The notes beneath the pieces are model-generated. The model ran no database searches, was not told where the DNA came from, and worked only from the letters and a program-made list of their open reading frames with translations. The translations under genes were made by a program, and so were the position numbers. Shown piece by piece: positions 30,144 to 40,521 of a stretch of DNA of 64,000 nt. This stretch comes from Prosthecobacter sp. (lineage in GTDB: Bacteria; Verrucomicrobiota; Verrucomicrobiia; Verrucomicrobiales; Verrucomicrobiaceae): assembly GCF_021733925.1 (NCBI RefSeq), contig NZ_JAIPJY010000022.1; one strand, given 5' to 3'. How positions within the stretch are numbered: position 1 is the stretch's first letter; each line of letters opens with the position of its first letter.

Positions 30144-31703
30144 ATGATGAAGGCGGGGATCAAGTCTAGGATGCACTTTATGATGATGAAAAGAATGCTG
30201 CGCCGCTTCTCGCTGCCGGTCATGCTCGCGTCCGTAATAACGACGGCGGGCATGGCGCAAACGATCGCGCCCGCACCCATCCCCGCTGCGCCTTTGCCCC
30301 CCGCTCAGGTGACACCGGCCCCCGCGTCGCAAGCGCCGCCCTCTGTCCCCGCGATCCCACCAACACCGACCTCACCTGCGCCGGCAGCCCCACTCAGCCC
30401 CCCGCAAGTGACCCCGGGCCCCATGTCGGCAACGTCCCCATCTGCCCCCGCGATCGAACCAGCTCAGCCCGCCCCGCCTCCGCCCCCACCGGCACGTCTG
30501 GACCGCCTGAGCTCCCTCGGAACTCCGCCCGACTGGCTCAAGCTGCAGTCGTTTCATCAATCACTCACCCGCAGCGAATTCGAAGCCGCCATACGGGATG
30601 TTTACTCCGACGGCTCCCCCTTCCCTCCGCCGTGGAATCTCGAAGTTGATGGGGTGGTCATCAAGACGGGTGATCCCCTCAAACCCGAAGCACGCATCGC
30701 CTTCGCCACCCGCCCCGAAGCACCTCTGACAGGCACACGCACCTGGAGAGCTGCCGCCGAGATGCCCCCGCTCAAAGGCCGGCCCCTGCTCAGCGACATT
30801 CACATTGCCATCGACCCCGGTCACATCGGCGGCGGTTTCGCCCAGATGGAGGAGCGCATGCTCAGCTTTGCCCCGGGCGAATCCATCCAGGAGGGTGATC
30901 TCACCCTTACCACCGCTCAAGTACTCGCCGAACGTCTCAAGGCTCTCGGGGCCTATGTCTCCCTCGTGCGCGACCGTGCCGAACCTGTGACACCTCAGCG
31001 TCCCTCCGATTTCGTCGTACAGGCGCGTCAAATCCTCGTCGATGCCGGCTTTCCGATGCCCCAGGACAATTACAGCGGTGTCACCGGCGATGCAAAAATC
31101 CTCACCGTGCAGTGGCAGAGTGAAAAACTGTTTTACCGCGTGAGCGAAATCCACGCCCGTGGCCAGAAGGTGAACGCCACCATCAAGCCTGACGTAGTGC
31201 TCTGTCTGCACTTCAACGCCGAAGCCTGGGGCGACGCCGCCGCACCGCAGTTTTCACCGATGAATCACATGCATGTGCTCGTGAATGGCTGCTACTCACC
31301 TCTCGAGCTCGAGCAGCAGGACGTGCGCTTCGAAATGTTCCACCGGCTCTTCTCACGCATTCATCAGGAAGAACTGCCGCTCGCAGATGCCGTCGCCAAT
31401 GGCATGCGCCTGGCCACCGGCCTGCCAGCCTACGTTTACACCACGCCCAATGCCCGCCACGTCGGCACGAACTCCTATGTTTATGCACGGAATCTGCTGG
31501 CCAATCGCATCTATGACTGCCCAGTCGTTTACCTCGAACCCTACGTCATGAACAACGAGGAGACCTACCACCGCCTGCTCCGCGGTCATTTCCTCGGCCG
31601 CACCCTCATCGCAGGGCGGCTGCAAACCAGCGCCATCGAGGACTACGTGCAGGGGGTCGTCAAAGGCATCGTTGAATACTATCAAAAGCACCGTCAGCCA
31701 TGA
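30144..31703 (+). CDS. N-acetylmuramoyl-L-alanine amidase (Amidase_3-like) with Pro-rich N-terminus
   Basis: IAIDPGHIGG, EGDLTL, LCLHFNA, VYLEP zinc/catalytic residues; exact start uncertain. Confidence 0.78.
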   Translation: MMKAGIKSRMHFMMMKRMLRRFSLPVMLASVITTAGMAQTIAPAPIPAAPLPPAQVTPAPASQAPPSVPAIPPTPTSPAPAAPLSPPQVTPGPMSATSPSAPAIEPAQPAPPPPPPARLDRLSSLGTPPDWLKLQSFHQSLTRSEFEAAIRDVYSDGSPFPPPWNLEVDGVVIKTGDPLKPEARIAFATRPEAPLTGTRTWRAAAEMPPLKGRPLLSDIHIAIDPGHIGGGFAQMEERMLSFAPGESIQEGDLTLTTAQVLAERLKALGAYVSLVRDRAEPVTPQRPSDFVVQARQILVDAGFPMPQDNYSGVTGDAKILTVQWQSEKLFYRVSEIHARGQKVNATIKPDVVLCLHFNAEAWGDAAAPQFSPMNHMHVLVNGCYSPLELEQQDVRFEMFHRLFSRIHQEELPLADAVANGMRLATGLPAYVYTTPNARHVGTNSYVYARNLLANRIYDCPVVYLEPYVMNNEETYHRLLRGHFLGRTLIAGRLQTSAIEDYVQGVVKGIVEYYQKHRQP

Positions 31704-33151
31704 AGGTTCTCATCGCAGGTTGTGGATTCGTTGGCGAGCGCATCGCCGATCTCCTTCATGCCGCCGGGCATGAGGTCATCGGTCTGACGCATTCGCCCGA
31801 ATCCGCCGCACGCCTCGCCTTGGTCAAACCCTGGTGCACAGAATCGTGCGACATTTCAAACAGCACTGCAGTCATAGCACTCGCTGCCAAGCTCAACGCA
31901 AGCAGCATCGACTCCTTCATCCACTGCGCCAGTTCCGGCCGTGGTGGGGCAGAGATGTACCAGGCCGTCTATGTCGATGGCATGCGGCATCTCACCCAGG
32001 CATTCCCCACCGCCTTTCCGCTCTACACCAGCAGCACCAGCGTTTACCCGCAGGTGAATGGCGAAATCGTCGATGAAACCAGCTTCGCCGACCCTGACCG
32101 CGACACCGGCCGCTTGCTGCGCGAAGCTGAAAACATCGCCCTGAATGCCAAAGGCGCTGTCGCTCGACTCGCCGGCATCTACGGCCCGGGTCGCTCCTTT
32201 GTTCTGAAGAACCTGCTCGAAGGAAAGGCCGCCATCGAAGGTAATAATGGGCAGGGTCGCGTCCTCAATCAAATCCACGCCGATGATGCTGCCGCCGCTC
32301 TCGTACACCTCGTCACGCAGCGCCTGGGAGGCATCTACAACATCGCCGATGACGCCCAGATGACGCAGCGGCAGTGCCTGGAACGTTTGTGCCCGCTCTT
32401 TGGCGTCAAACTGCCAGACACTCGCGAGCCTGACCCCAGTCGCAAACGCGGCTGGAGCCACAAGCGAGTCTCCAACACCAAGCTTCATGCCTCCGGCTGG
32501 GCGCCACTTTACCCAAGCTATTTTGATGCCCTGCGTGACGATCCCGACCTCGCATCCTCCATCCTCGATCTCGTTCAAACCACCGGCGAAGCGCCCCCGC
32601 CCCGCCAGCCCAATATTTTGCTGATCGGCCTGATGGGTTCGGGCAAAACCACCGTGGGTCGCATCGTTGCGCAGATGATCGGCTTCCAAATCGTCGACAC
32701 CGATCACCTCATCGCCGACACCGTCGGGAAAAGCATCCCCGAGATTTTTGCCACGGAAGGTGAGGCCGCATTCCGTCTGCATGAATCCGCTGCGTTGCGT
32801 TCGCTGCTGGGCAAACGTGGCTGCGTCATTGCCACCGGCGGCGGCATCGTCACCCAGCCCCGCAATCTGGCCATCCTTCGTCATCTCGGCTACATCGTCT
32901 GGCTGGACGCCGATCCTGAACGCCTCGCTCGCCGTACGGCGATGAATACCAATCGCCCGCTGCTCAACGGCGAGGAAAATCCCAAGGCCAAGCTCGAACG
33001 CCTTCTGACCGAGCGCAAACCGCTCTACAAAGGCCTCGCCGACCTGCGCATCAAAACCGCTGAACTCACGCCTCAGGAAACCGCATACGGCGTCATGGAA
33101 AGTGCCCGCGTCTTCTTCGCCCGCAGGCAAAAACTCGAATCAGTGGGCTGA
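31700..33151 (+). CDS. aroK: Fusion of NAD-dependent epimerase/SDR (YeeZ-like) and shikimate kinase
   Basis: MKVLIAGCGFVG, TSSTSVY, RLAGIYGPGR, NQIHADD, YNIADD; then NILLIGLMGSGKTTVG, DTDHLI, FRLHE, IATGGG, RPLL. Confidence 0.88.
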   Translation: MKVLIAGCGFVGERIADLLHAAGHEVIGLTHSPESAARLALVKPWCTESCDISNSTAVIALAAKLNASSIDSFIHCASSGRGGAEMYQAVYVDGMRHLTQAFPTAFPLYTSSTSVYPQVNGEIVDETSFADPDRDTGRLLREAENIALNAKGAVARLAGIYGPGRSFVLKNLLEGKAAIEGNNGQGRVLNQIHADDAAAALVHLVTQRLGGIYNIADDAQMTQRQCLERLCPLFGVKLPDTREPDPSRKRGWSHKRVSNTKLHASGWAPLYPSYFDALRDDPDLASSILDLVQTTGEAPPPRQPNILLIGLMGSGKTTVGRIVAQMIGFQIVDTDHLIADTVGKSIPEIFATEGEAAFRLHESAALRSLLGKRGCVIATGGGIVTQPRNLAILRHLGYIVWLDADPERLARRTAMNTNRPLLNGEENPKAKLERLLTERKPLYKGLADLRIKTAELTPQETAYGVMESARVFFARRQKLESVG

Positions 33152-34129
33152 CAAATTCAGCTCCAGCTGATCCTCCGCTCCCAGCGCCCGCGCATCATGC
33201 CCGCGCAGCCGCAGCTCCGCCGCAAATTCACGCGTCGAGCCATGCACCAGATAAATCCGCCGCGGCTTCACCTGCTCAATCGTTTCATGCAGTTCAGGAT
33301 GATCCGCATGATCACTCAGCGGCAGCGCCAGATCGACCCCATACCGATACTTGGCGCTCGGCTGAATGGCCCAGCCCGATAGCATCGCAGTCCGCATCTT
33401 GGGCAGATCGAGTTTTGATCCCGGGGGAAACACCAGCACATGCCCTGCGACCTCGTCGGCCTGGAACAGCCGCCATTGCGGCAGTTTCCCCAGATGCGGC
33501 ACCAGTACCTCCGTGATCTGCGCCACACTCGGATGCACCATCACCGTCAGGCCCTCATCGCACAGCGCGCAGAGAATTTCCTGTGCCTTCCCCAGCGAAT
33601 ACCCCAGCAGCACCGGGATGCCCCCTTCACGCAGCGTGTCACGCACAAACGCCAGCATCTGGGCGATCACATCCTCCGCCGGTGGAAATCGATACTTGGG
33701 CAGTCCAAACGTCGTCTCCATGATCAGCGTGTCCGCCTGCATCAGCTCGCAGCGCTCCGCACTCAGCCCCTGCCGCAGCTTGTAGTCACCCGTATACAGC
33801 AGCGTCGCCCCGTCCGCCTTGCGCGTCAGATGCAGCATCGCCGAACCCGTGATGTGCCCTGCCGGCAGCAGCCTCATCTCCCAGCCCTCCCACTCAAACA
33901 CCTCCCGCATCTGTGGTGACACCACCTTCCCCGATTTCTTCACTGATTTCCGCACCACCATGAGCTGATGCGTGATCTCCGAACAAATCGTCAGCCCATG
34001 CCGCGCCACATGGTCGCTGTGCGCATGCGAAACAAACGCCCGCTCCCTCCCAAAATGCGGATCCAGCCACAAATCCGCCTCCGGCAGATAAATGCCGCGT
34101 GGATGCGTGACTTCGATGAGCAGGGGCAT
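33140..34129 (-). CDS. MBL-fold/beta-CASP nuclease, ligase-associated DNA damage response exonuclease-like
   Basis: FVSHAHSDH, PAGHITGS, YTGDYK, METTFG, YSLGKAQE, LSDHADH, VHG. Confidence 0.85.
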   Translation of the reverse strand: MPLLIEVTHPRGIYLPEADLWLDPHFGRERAFVSHAHSDHVARHGLTICSEITHQLMVVRKSVKKSGKVVSPQMREVFEWEGWEMRLLPAGHITGSAMLHLTRKADGATLLYTGDYKLRQGLSAERCELMQADTLIMETTFGLPKYRFPPAEDVIAQMLAFVRDTLREGGIPVLLGYSLGKAQEILCALCDEGLTVMVHPSVAQITEVLVPHLGKLPQWRLFQADEVAGHVLVFPPGSKLDLPKMRTAMLSGWAIQPSAKYRYGVDLALPLSDHADHPELHETIEQVKPRRIYLVHGSTREFAAELRLRGHDARALGAEDQLELNLSAH

Positions 34130-34189
34130 GAATGCTGAGCAATTTACGCTTGAGCGCCGCCACTGTCGCCACATTCTGCCTCAAACACC

Positions 34190-37100
34190 GTGTCAGCCCA
34201 AACCAGCATCAGCCTCACCCCCAAACAACACGACCTGCTCGTTCGGAGCCTGGAGTTCTTTGAACGGCATATCATCAAGCGCGGCACCCAGTTATTCGCG
34301 CGTCAGGCCGTGCGGCAGGTGGAATGGGTGGAGCCGGACGTCTTTCTGCAGGCAGACGTTCAGGGCGGACAACTCTACACGGTCACACTCGAATTCACCC
34401 CCGACGGCATAGAGACCTCCTGCACCTGCCCTTATGAAGTGGACTGCAAGCACGCCGTCGCCTTGATCCTGCTTCTGCAGGTGCAGTCCGTTGCAAGTGT
34501 CGTCTCTCAAACCAAGACGCCAAAACCGGCCAAGCCGGCCAAAACCACCGTCGTCCAGCCTGATGCGGATTCCTTCGCTGGCCGGGCCGCCGCACGACTC
34601 GGCATCACCCTCACCGCCTCCCAGTTGAAATTTCTCCAGCAGGCATCGGTCTGGTGGGAGCGCAGGCAGAACGTCGTGTCACAGCCGGATCTGTTCAACC
34701 TCTGTGGTCGGCAAAGCTACTGGGGCTATGGCCAGGTGCAGCTCTGGCCCACGAATCATCCACCTGTCGATGAAACCGAATTCTTCGCGTGCCTGGCTGC
34801 GGCGCTGGATGCCTGCCAGCTCTCGATGCCTGCTGCTTTGGCCGGGCTGGTTGATCCAACGGTGTTGCAGCGGCTTCTCCACAAATGGGAGCGTCTCAGA
34901 CAAATCGACGAATGGCGCAAGCGCCTCGGCTCATGGCATGAGCCGCAGTTGCATCTGGCCACCGAGGCTCCGGAACTGCGTCTCATGCTCCATGCCAAAG
35001 GCGCTCTCATCCAGGTGCGCCATCCGGGAGAGGCCGAATTTGGCAAAGCTTCGCAGAAACTGCTCAAGCAGTTTTGGGGGGGCTCCACTCACTACGGCAA
35101 TGGCCCCCAGAACCTCCTCAGCGCCGGCTCCAACCTCGTGCTGAAGGCTGCCGTCCAGCAATATGGAGATCTCCGCTCCACCGACATCGAGCCGCTCTCA
35201 GACTCGCTTGCCAAGAGCCTCGGCCAGCTCATCTCCACGCCGCAGTTGTTTCAAACTCACGTCGTCACCCTCACTGGAGACCCCCTGCCCATCATCGACG
35301 AACCCTTGCGCTGGGATCTGCAGCCCCCCGCCACCTCAGGGGGCGACTACGAGCTGCGCATGTTCGATGAAGAAGGCCGCACCCCGCCGCCACCTCTCGC
35401 CATCGTGCCAGGGTTCCCCATGCGTTACGTCACCCATGAGTCCGTGTTCCCCGTGAATTACTGGCCCTTCGGCCATGACTCCATGCACTGGCCGGTCCAC
35501 ATTCCTGCTGCGGCGCTGGAAACCAAGGAAGGCGTCAGCGCCCTCGCCAAACTCGGCCTGCCTGTGCCACAGCGCCTCGAAGGCCGCGTGAAAATCATCC
35601 GCGCTGAGATTGACGTACGCTGCAAGCTCCACCGTTATCCTCAAACCAGTAGTGACTACCTGCATGTGCATGCGCAGGCCAGATTCGGCGGCGTGCAGAA
35701 TCCAAGCCTCTGGACTGGCACGAACTGGTCCGCCTCCCAACGCTTCAACCAGAGAGAAATACCCCCGTCGGATGAAATCGTGCAGCTCGACAGTTCCCAC
35801 CTGCCCGCCGCTGGCTCATGGCTGGCGCAATGGCCTCTCAGGCCCGTTTACAGTGCCATTAATGACCAGTGGCTTGAACAACGCATTCAAGGCAAGGACT
35901 GGCCGGATCAATTTCTCGCCTGGCTCGACCGTCGTCCCAAAGGCCTCATCGTTGAGCTCGATGCCGAACTCGCCAGCCTGCGTGATGGCAAAGTCGCCGG
36001 TCATGTACGCCTCGACATCGAGGAATCCAAGACCGGCATTGACTGGTTTGACCTCAGCGTCGCTCTGGATGTCAGCGACAGCACCCTGACCCAGGAAGAA
36101 ATCGATCTGCTGCTCAAAGCCAAGGGCAAATGGGTGCGCCTCCCAGGCAAAGGCTGGCGCAAACTCGAATACCAGCTCACCGAGGCGCAGTTGCAGGAAC
36201 TCGCCGAACTCGGTCTCGCCGCGCATGATTTCAGTGCGGAGAAGCAGCGCCTGCACGCCCTCCAGCTCGGCGGTCTCGCCGGGAAGGACACCACGCTGCT
36301 CAGTGCGGAGCGCGTCGCACAGGTGCGCCGCCGCGTTGAGGAAATTCAGACCCGCGTCACTCCGCAGTTGCCAGACGGCATCACCGCCACGCTGCGCCCC
36401 TATCAGACCGAAGGCTTCCACTTCCTCGCCTATCTCACGGCCAACCGCTTCGGCGGCGTGCTGGCAGACGACATGGGCCTTGGCAAAACTCTCCAGACAC
36501 TCGTCTGGATCGCCTGGCTGCGCGGTGAGCAGCAGATGCAGGAGCCACTGCTCGTCATCTGCCCCAAGTCCGTGCAGGACAACTGGCGCAGCGAGGTCTC
36601 CCGCTTCTTCCCCCAGCTCAGCGTCGAGGTGTGGAACCGTGCCAGCGCAGGAAAGACCGGCCTCGATGGCAAAACCGACCTCCTCATCATTCACTATGCC
36701 CAGCTTCGCATCCATGAAGACCTGCTGCGCAAAATCGAATGGGGCGCGGTCATCCTCGATGAAGCGCAGGCCATCAAAAATCCCACCTCCCAAAACGCCC
36801 AGGCTGCATGTGGATTGAAAGCAAGGCACCGCCTTGCCCTTACCGGCACGCCCATTGAAAACCGCCTGCTCGATCTCTGGTCCATCTTCGCCTTCGCCAT
36901 GCCCGGCGTCCTCGGCACCCGCTCCGCCTTCACCAAAAACTTCGATGGCAGGGACGATCCACTCGCCCGACGTCGCCTCGCCGCCCGCACCCGCCCCTTC
37001 CTGCTGCGCCGCACCAAAAACGAAGTCGCCCGTGATCTGCCCGACCGCGTGGAGGAAGATCTCAGCATCGAACTCGAAGGCACCCAGGCCGCCTTGTATC

Positions 37101-37804
37101 AGGCCGAGATCAAACGCGCCCGCGCAGAGCTGTTGAAAGCCGAAACCAGCAAACAGCTCGACAAACTGCGCTTCAACATCCTCACCAGCCTGCTGCGCCT
37201 CCGGCAGATCTGCTGCCATCCGCGCCTGCTCGGCCTTGAGGCCATCGCCACCAAAAAGGGCCGTAAAAAAGCCGCCGAACCCGCCAGCGAGAGCGCCAAA
37301 GTCTCCGCGCTTTTGGAACTGCTCGAACCCCTCATGGAAGAAGGCCAGAAGGTGCTCGTCTTCTCCCAGTTCGTCGAAATGCTCGCCATCATCGAGGCGG
37401 AGATTCAGGAACGCGGCTGGCAGTCCTTCAAGCTCACCGGCCAGACCGAAGACCGCGGCACACTGGTCAATGAATTCCAAACCCACGCCGGTTCCGCCAC
37501 CTTCCTCATCAGCCTCAAAGCCGGCGGCTTCGGCCTCAATCTCACCGCCGCCAGCTACGTCGTCCTGTTTGATCCCTGGTGGAATCCCGCCGTCGAAGCC
37601 CAGGCCATCGACCGCACCCACCGCATCGGCCAGCAGCAGACCGTCTTCGCCTACCGCCTCATCGTGAAAAACAGCATCGAGGAAAAAATCCGCCTCCTGC
37701 AAAAGCAAAAAGGCTCCCTCGCCAACGACATCCTCGGCGAGGAAAACTTCGCCCAGGCCCTCACCCTCAAAGACTTTCAGTTCCTGCTCGGTGGAGAGGA
37801 CTGA
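34190..37804 (+). CDS. SWIM zinc finger-SNF2 family helicase
   Basis: SCTCP..CKHAVA (SWIM); LRPYQ, LADDMGLGKT, DEAQAIKN, LTGTPIEN, SLKAGGFGLNLT, QAIDRTHRIGQ. Confidence 0.95.
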   Translation: MSAQTSISLTPKQHDLLVRSLEFFERHIIKRGTQLFARQAVRQVEWVEPDVFLQADVQGGQLYTVTLEFTPDGIETSCTCPYEVDCKHAVALILLLQVQSVASVVSQTKTPKPAKPAKTTVVQPDADSFAGRAAARLGITLTASQLKFLQQASVWWERRQNVVSQPDLFNLCGRQSYWGYGQVQLWPTNHPPVDETEFFACLAAALDACQLSMPAALAGLVDPTVLQRLLHKWERLRQIDEWRKRLGSWHEPQLHLATEAPELRLMLHAKGALIQVRHPGEAEFGKASQKLLKQFWGGSTHYGNGPQNLLSAGSNLVLKAAVQQYGDLRSTDIEPLSDSLAKSLGQLISTPQLFQTHVVTLTGDPLPIIDEPLRWDLQPPATSGGDYELRMFDEEGRTPPPPLAIVPGFPMRYVTHESVFPVNYWPFGHDSMHWPVHIPAAALETKEGVSALAKLGLPVPQRLEGRVKIIRAEIDVRCKLHRYPQTSSDYLHVHAQARFGGVQNPSLWTGTNWSASQRFNQREIPPSDEIVQLDSSHLPAAGSWLAQWPLRPVYSAINDQWLEQRIQGKDWPDQFLAWLDRRPKGLIVELDAELASLRDGKVAGHVRLDIEESKTGIDWFDLSVALDVSDSTLTQEEIDLLLKAKGKWVRLPGKGWRKLEYQLTEAQLQELAELGLAAHDFSAEKQRLHALQLGGLAGKDTTLLSAERVAQVRRRVEEIQTRVTPQLPDGITATLRPYQTEGFHFLAYLTANRFGGVLADDMGLGKTLQTLVWIAWLRGEQQMQEPLLVICPKSVQDNWRSEVSRFFPQLSVEVWNRASAGKTGLDGKTDLLIIHYAQLRIHEDLLRKIEWGAVILDEAQAIKNPTSQNAQAACGLKARHRLALTGTPIENRLLDLWSIFAFAMPGVLGTRSAFTKNFDGRDDPLARRRLAARTRPFLLRRTKNEVARDLPDRVEEDLSIELEGTQAALYQAEIKRARAELLKAETSKQLDKLRFNILTSLLRLRQICCHPRLLGLEAIATKKGRKKAAEPASESAKVSALLELLEPLMEEGQKVLVFSQFVEMLAIIEAEIQERGWQSFKLTGQTEDRGTLVNEFQTHAGSATFLISLKAGGFGLNLTAASYVVLFDPWWNPAVEAQAIDRTHRIGQQQTVFAYRLIVKNSIEEKIRLLQKQKGSLANDILGEENFAQALTLKDFQFLLGGED

Positions 37805-37893
37805 GGCTCACCGACGAATCAGGGAGGCATGGAAACCAAATGAGGCGCAGGGCATGAAGTTGCAAGGCCGGGCATCCGGCCCCAAGAATGCGC

Positions 37894-39267
37894 ATGGCCT
37901 CCCTCGCCGATCAACTCACCTCTCTTCTCGGTCCTGACCGCGTTTCCATCACGCAAACCGACATCGCCACTCACAGCACGGACAAATGGTTCGCCTCGAA
38001 CCCGCCTGACGTCGTCGTCCATGCCGAATCCACCGCCGAAGTCTCCGAGGTGCTGCGCTTTGCCAACGCAAATAAGATTCCCGTCACTCCCCAGGGTTCA
38101 CGCGTGGGCTATGTCGGTGGCTGCGTGCCCTTGCAGGGCGGCATCGCGCTTTCGGTCGCCCGAATGAACAAGATCAAGGAGATCACCCTCGCAGACGGCG
38201 TGGCAGTGATCGAACCGGGCGTCATCACCGGCCATCTGCAAAGCGAAGTGCGCAAACTGGGCTGGTTCTATCCGCCCGACCCCGCATCCCTCAAAGAATG
38301 CTCCCTCGGCGGTAACATCGCCACAAACGCAGGCGGTCCACGCTGCCTGAAATACGGCGTCACCCGGCACTACGTGCTCGGCCTTGAAGCGGTGCTGGCA
38401 GACGGCTCCATCGTGAAGGCGGGCGGACGCTGCCACAAAAACAAAACAGGCTTCGACCTCGTCGGCCTCATGGTCGGCAGCGAAGGCATGCTCGGTGTCG
38501 TCACCGAGGCCACCCTGCGTCTGATCCCGCATCCGCCCATGCGCGCGATGCTTTCCGCAGGCTTCAACTCCTTCGCCGAAGCCGCGAATGCCGTGCAGCG
38601 CATCCTCGGCAGTGGGTTCCTGCCCAGCGCCCTCGAAATCGCCGACAAGTTCACCCTCCGCGCCGCCCGCGAGTATCTCGGTGCCTCCGTCACCCCGGAA
38701 GGCGATGCGCATCTCCTCGTCGAGATCGACGGCCAGGCCGATTCAGTGAAAGGAGAAATCGACCAACTAGCGAAACTCGTGGAAAGCCTCGGTAGCATCT
38801 GCCTGAACAAAGCCATGGGCGATGAGGCCTGCGAAGCCTTCTGGAAACTGCGCCGTGAATTCAGCTACAGCCTGCGCAACACCGGCCTGATCAAACTGAA
38901 CGAAGACATCGTCGTGCCACGTGGTCGTTTGGTGGATCTGGTCGATTTCGCAGAGACCCTCCAAAGCGAAACCGGCTTCCCCGTCGCCTGCTTCGGCCAC
39001 GCCGGCGATGGCAACATCCACGTCAACATTATGGTCCCCACCATGGACGATCCCGCCATCCGTGAACGCGCCGAGGTCGCTCTCGACAAACTTTTCCATC
39101 AAGTCATCGCCTGGAACGGTGCCATCACCGGCGAACACGGCATCGGCATCGCGAAAAAGCGCTGGTGGCGTGAGGCGGTCACTCCCGCCGCACATGAAAC
39201 CCACCTGCGCATCAAGGCCGCGCTTGATCCCAACGGCATTCTGAATCCCGGGAAGTTTCTCGGCTGA
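37894..39267 (+). CDS. FAD-linked oxidase (GlcD/D-lactate dehydrogenase type)
   Basis: YPPDPAS, GGNIATNAGG..KYG, GSEGMLG, FGHAGDGNIH, GEHGIG, DPNGILNPGK. Confidence 0.93.
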   Translation: MASLADQLTSLLGPDRVSITQTDIATHSTDKWFASNPPDVVVHAESTAEVSEVLRFANANKIPVTPQGSRVGYVGGCVPLQGGIALSVARMNKIKEITLADGVAVIEPGVITGHLQSEVRKLGWFYPPDPASLKECSLGGNIATNAGGPRCLKYGVTRHYVLGLEAVLADGSIVKAGGRCHKNKTGFDLVGLMVGSEGMLGVVTEATLRLIPHPPMRAMLSAGFNSFAEAANAVQRILGSGFLPSALEIADKFTLRAAREYLGASVTPEGDAHLLVEIDGQADSVKGEIDQLAKLVESLGSICLNKAMGDEACEAFWKLRREFSYSLRNTGLIKLNEDIVVPRGRLVDLVDFAETLQSETGFPVACFGHAGDGNIHVNIMVPTMDDPAIRERAEVALDKLFHQVIAWNGAITGEHGIGIAKKRWWREAVTPAAHETHLRIKAALDPNGILNPGKFLG

Positions 39268-39319
39268 AGCCGCAAGCCTGCAAGATCACTCCTTCGAACT
39301 CTGTTCCAATTCAACCACC

Positions 39320-40516
39320 ATGACCAAACTGCTCATCCCGACCCTGCTGCTCGCGCTGCCCTTGTGCGCGGCTGATTTGAAGTTCAAAAAGTTCACCCTG
39401 ACCGAGGAATTTGTAGCCGAAGGCGCGCACTTTGCAGATTTCGATCATGACGGTCAGAACGACGTCTGCTCAGGCCGCTTCATCTGGAAAGGGCCGGAGT
39501 TCAAGGAACGGATTGAGTTCGCCCCCAAGTTCGAAAAAGAGCCCTACGATCCGGCCAAGGGCTACAGCGATTTCTTCCTGACCTACACCTATGATTTCAA
39601 CGGTGACGGCTGGAGCGACATCATGGCCTATTCCTGGCCGGGCAAGGAGACATGGGTGTTTGAAAACCCGCAGAACAAAGGCGGTGAGTGGAAGCGCCAC
39701 ACGATCTTTGATGTCACGGACAATGAATCCCCCGATTTCAAAGATGTGAACGGCGACGGCAAGCCGGAACTCCTCTGCCACACCGGCGGGCAGCTCGGTT
39801 ATGCCGAGATCGACTGGGCGAATCCCTTCGGCAAAGCCCGCTTCCGCCCCATTTCGCCAAAATCTGCCGAGAACGACAAAAAATACTTCCGCTACACCCA
39901 CGGCTATGGCGTTGGCGATGTGAATGGCGACGGCCGCCCTGACATCCTCGACAAGGAAGGCTGGCGTGAACAGCCAGCCGACACCAAGGCCGACAGCGAC
40001 TGGGTGTTTCATCCTCAGCTCTTTACCGTGGCAGGTGGCCGCGGCGGTTCCTTCATCCTCGTTTACGATGTGAACGGCGACAGTCGCAACGACGTGATCA
40101 GCAGCTATGACGCACACGGCTACGGCTTCGGCTGGTTCGAGCAAAACGCCGACGGCACCTTCGCCGAGCACAAACTCATGGGAGCCACCGTCGAAGAAAG
40201 CCCGGTGGGTGTGAAATTCAGTCAGCTCCACGCCATGCAACTCGCCGACATGAACGGCGACGGCGTCATGGACGTCGTCACCGGCAAGCGCCGCTGGGCC
40301 CACGGCCCCCTGAAGGACGACGAGCCGAATGCAGCACCAGTGCTCTACTGGTTCGAAATCAAACGCAGCGGCAAAGAAGCGCAGTTCATCCCGCATCAGA
40401 TCGACGACAACAGCGGCGTCGGCACCCAGGTGACTCCAGGCGACGTCAACAAGGACGGCAAAATGGACGTCGTCATTGGCAACAAGAAGGGCGTCTTCGT
40501 CTTCTTGCAGGAGTAA
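39320..40516 (+). CDS. Exported FG-GAP/VCBS repeat protein
   Basis: Signal peptide; repeated DxNGDGxxD motifs. Confidence 0.85.
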   Translation: MTKLLIPTLLLALPLCAADLKFKKFTLTEEFVAEGAHFADFDHDGQNDVCSGRFIWKGPEFKERIEFAPKFEKEPYDPAKGYSDFFLTYTYDFNGDGWSDIMAYSWPGKETWVFENPQNKGGEWKRHTIFDVTDNESPDFKDVNGDGKPELLCHTGGQLGYAEIDWANPFGKARFRPISPKSAENDKKYFRYTHGYGVGDVNGDGRPDILDKEGWREQPADTKADSDWVFHPQLFTVAGGRGGSFILVYDVNGDSRNDVISSYDAHGYGFGWFEQNADGTFAEHKLMGATVEESPVGVKFSQLHAMQLADMNGDGVMDVVTGKRRWAHGPLKDDEPNAAPVLYWFEIKRSGKEAQFIPHQIDDNSGVGTQVTPGDVNKDGKMDVVIGNKKGVFVFLQE

Positions 40517-40521
40517 TCAAC

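Noticed and set aside
35816-37708. Long antisense ORFs (also 15155-16450, 19001-20356, 31856-33130, 52422-53786, 60036-61175)
   Set aside because: Shadows of well-supported genes on the opposite strand, expected from GC-rich codon bias; no recognisable motifs.
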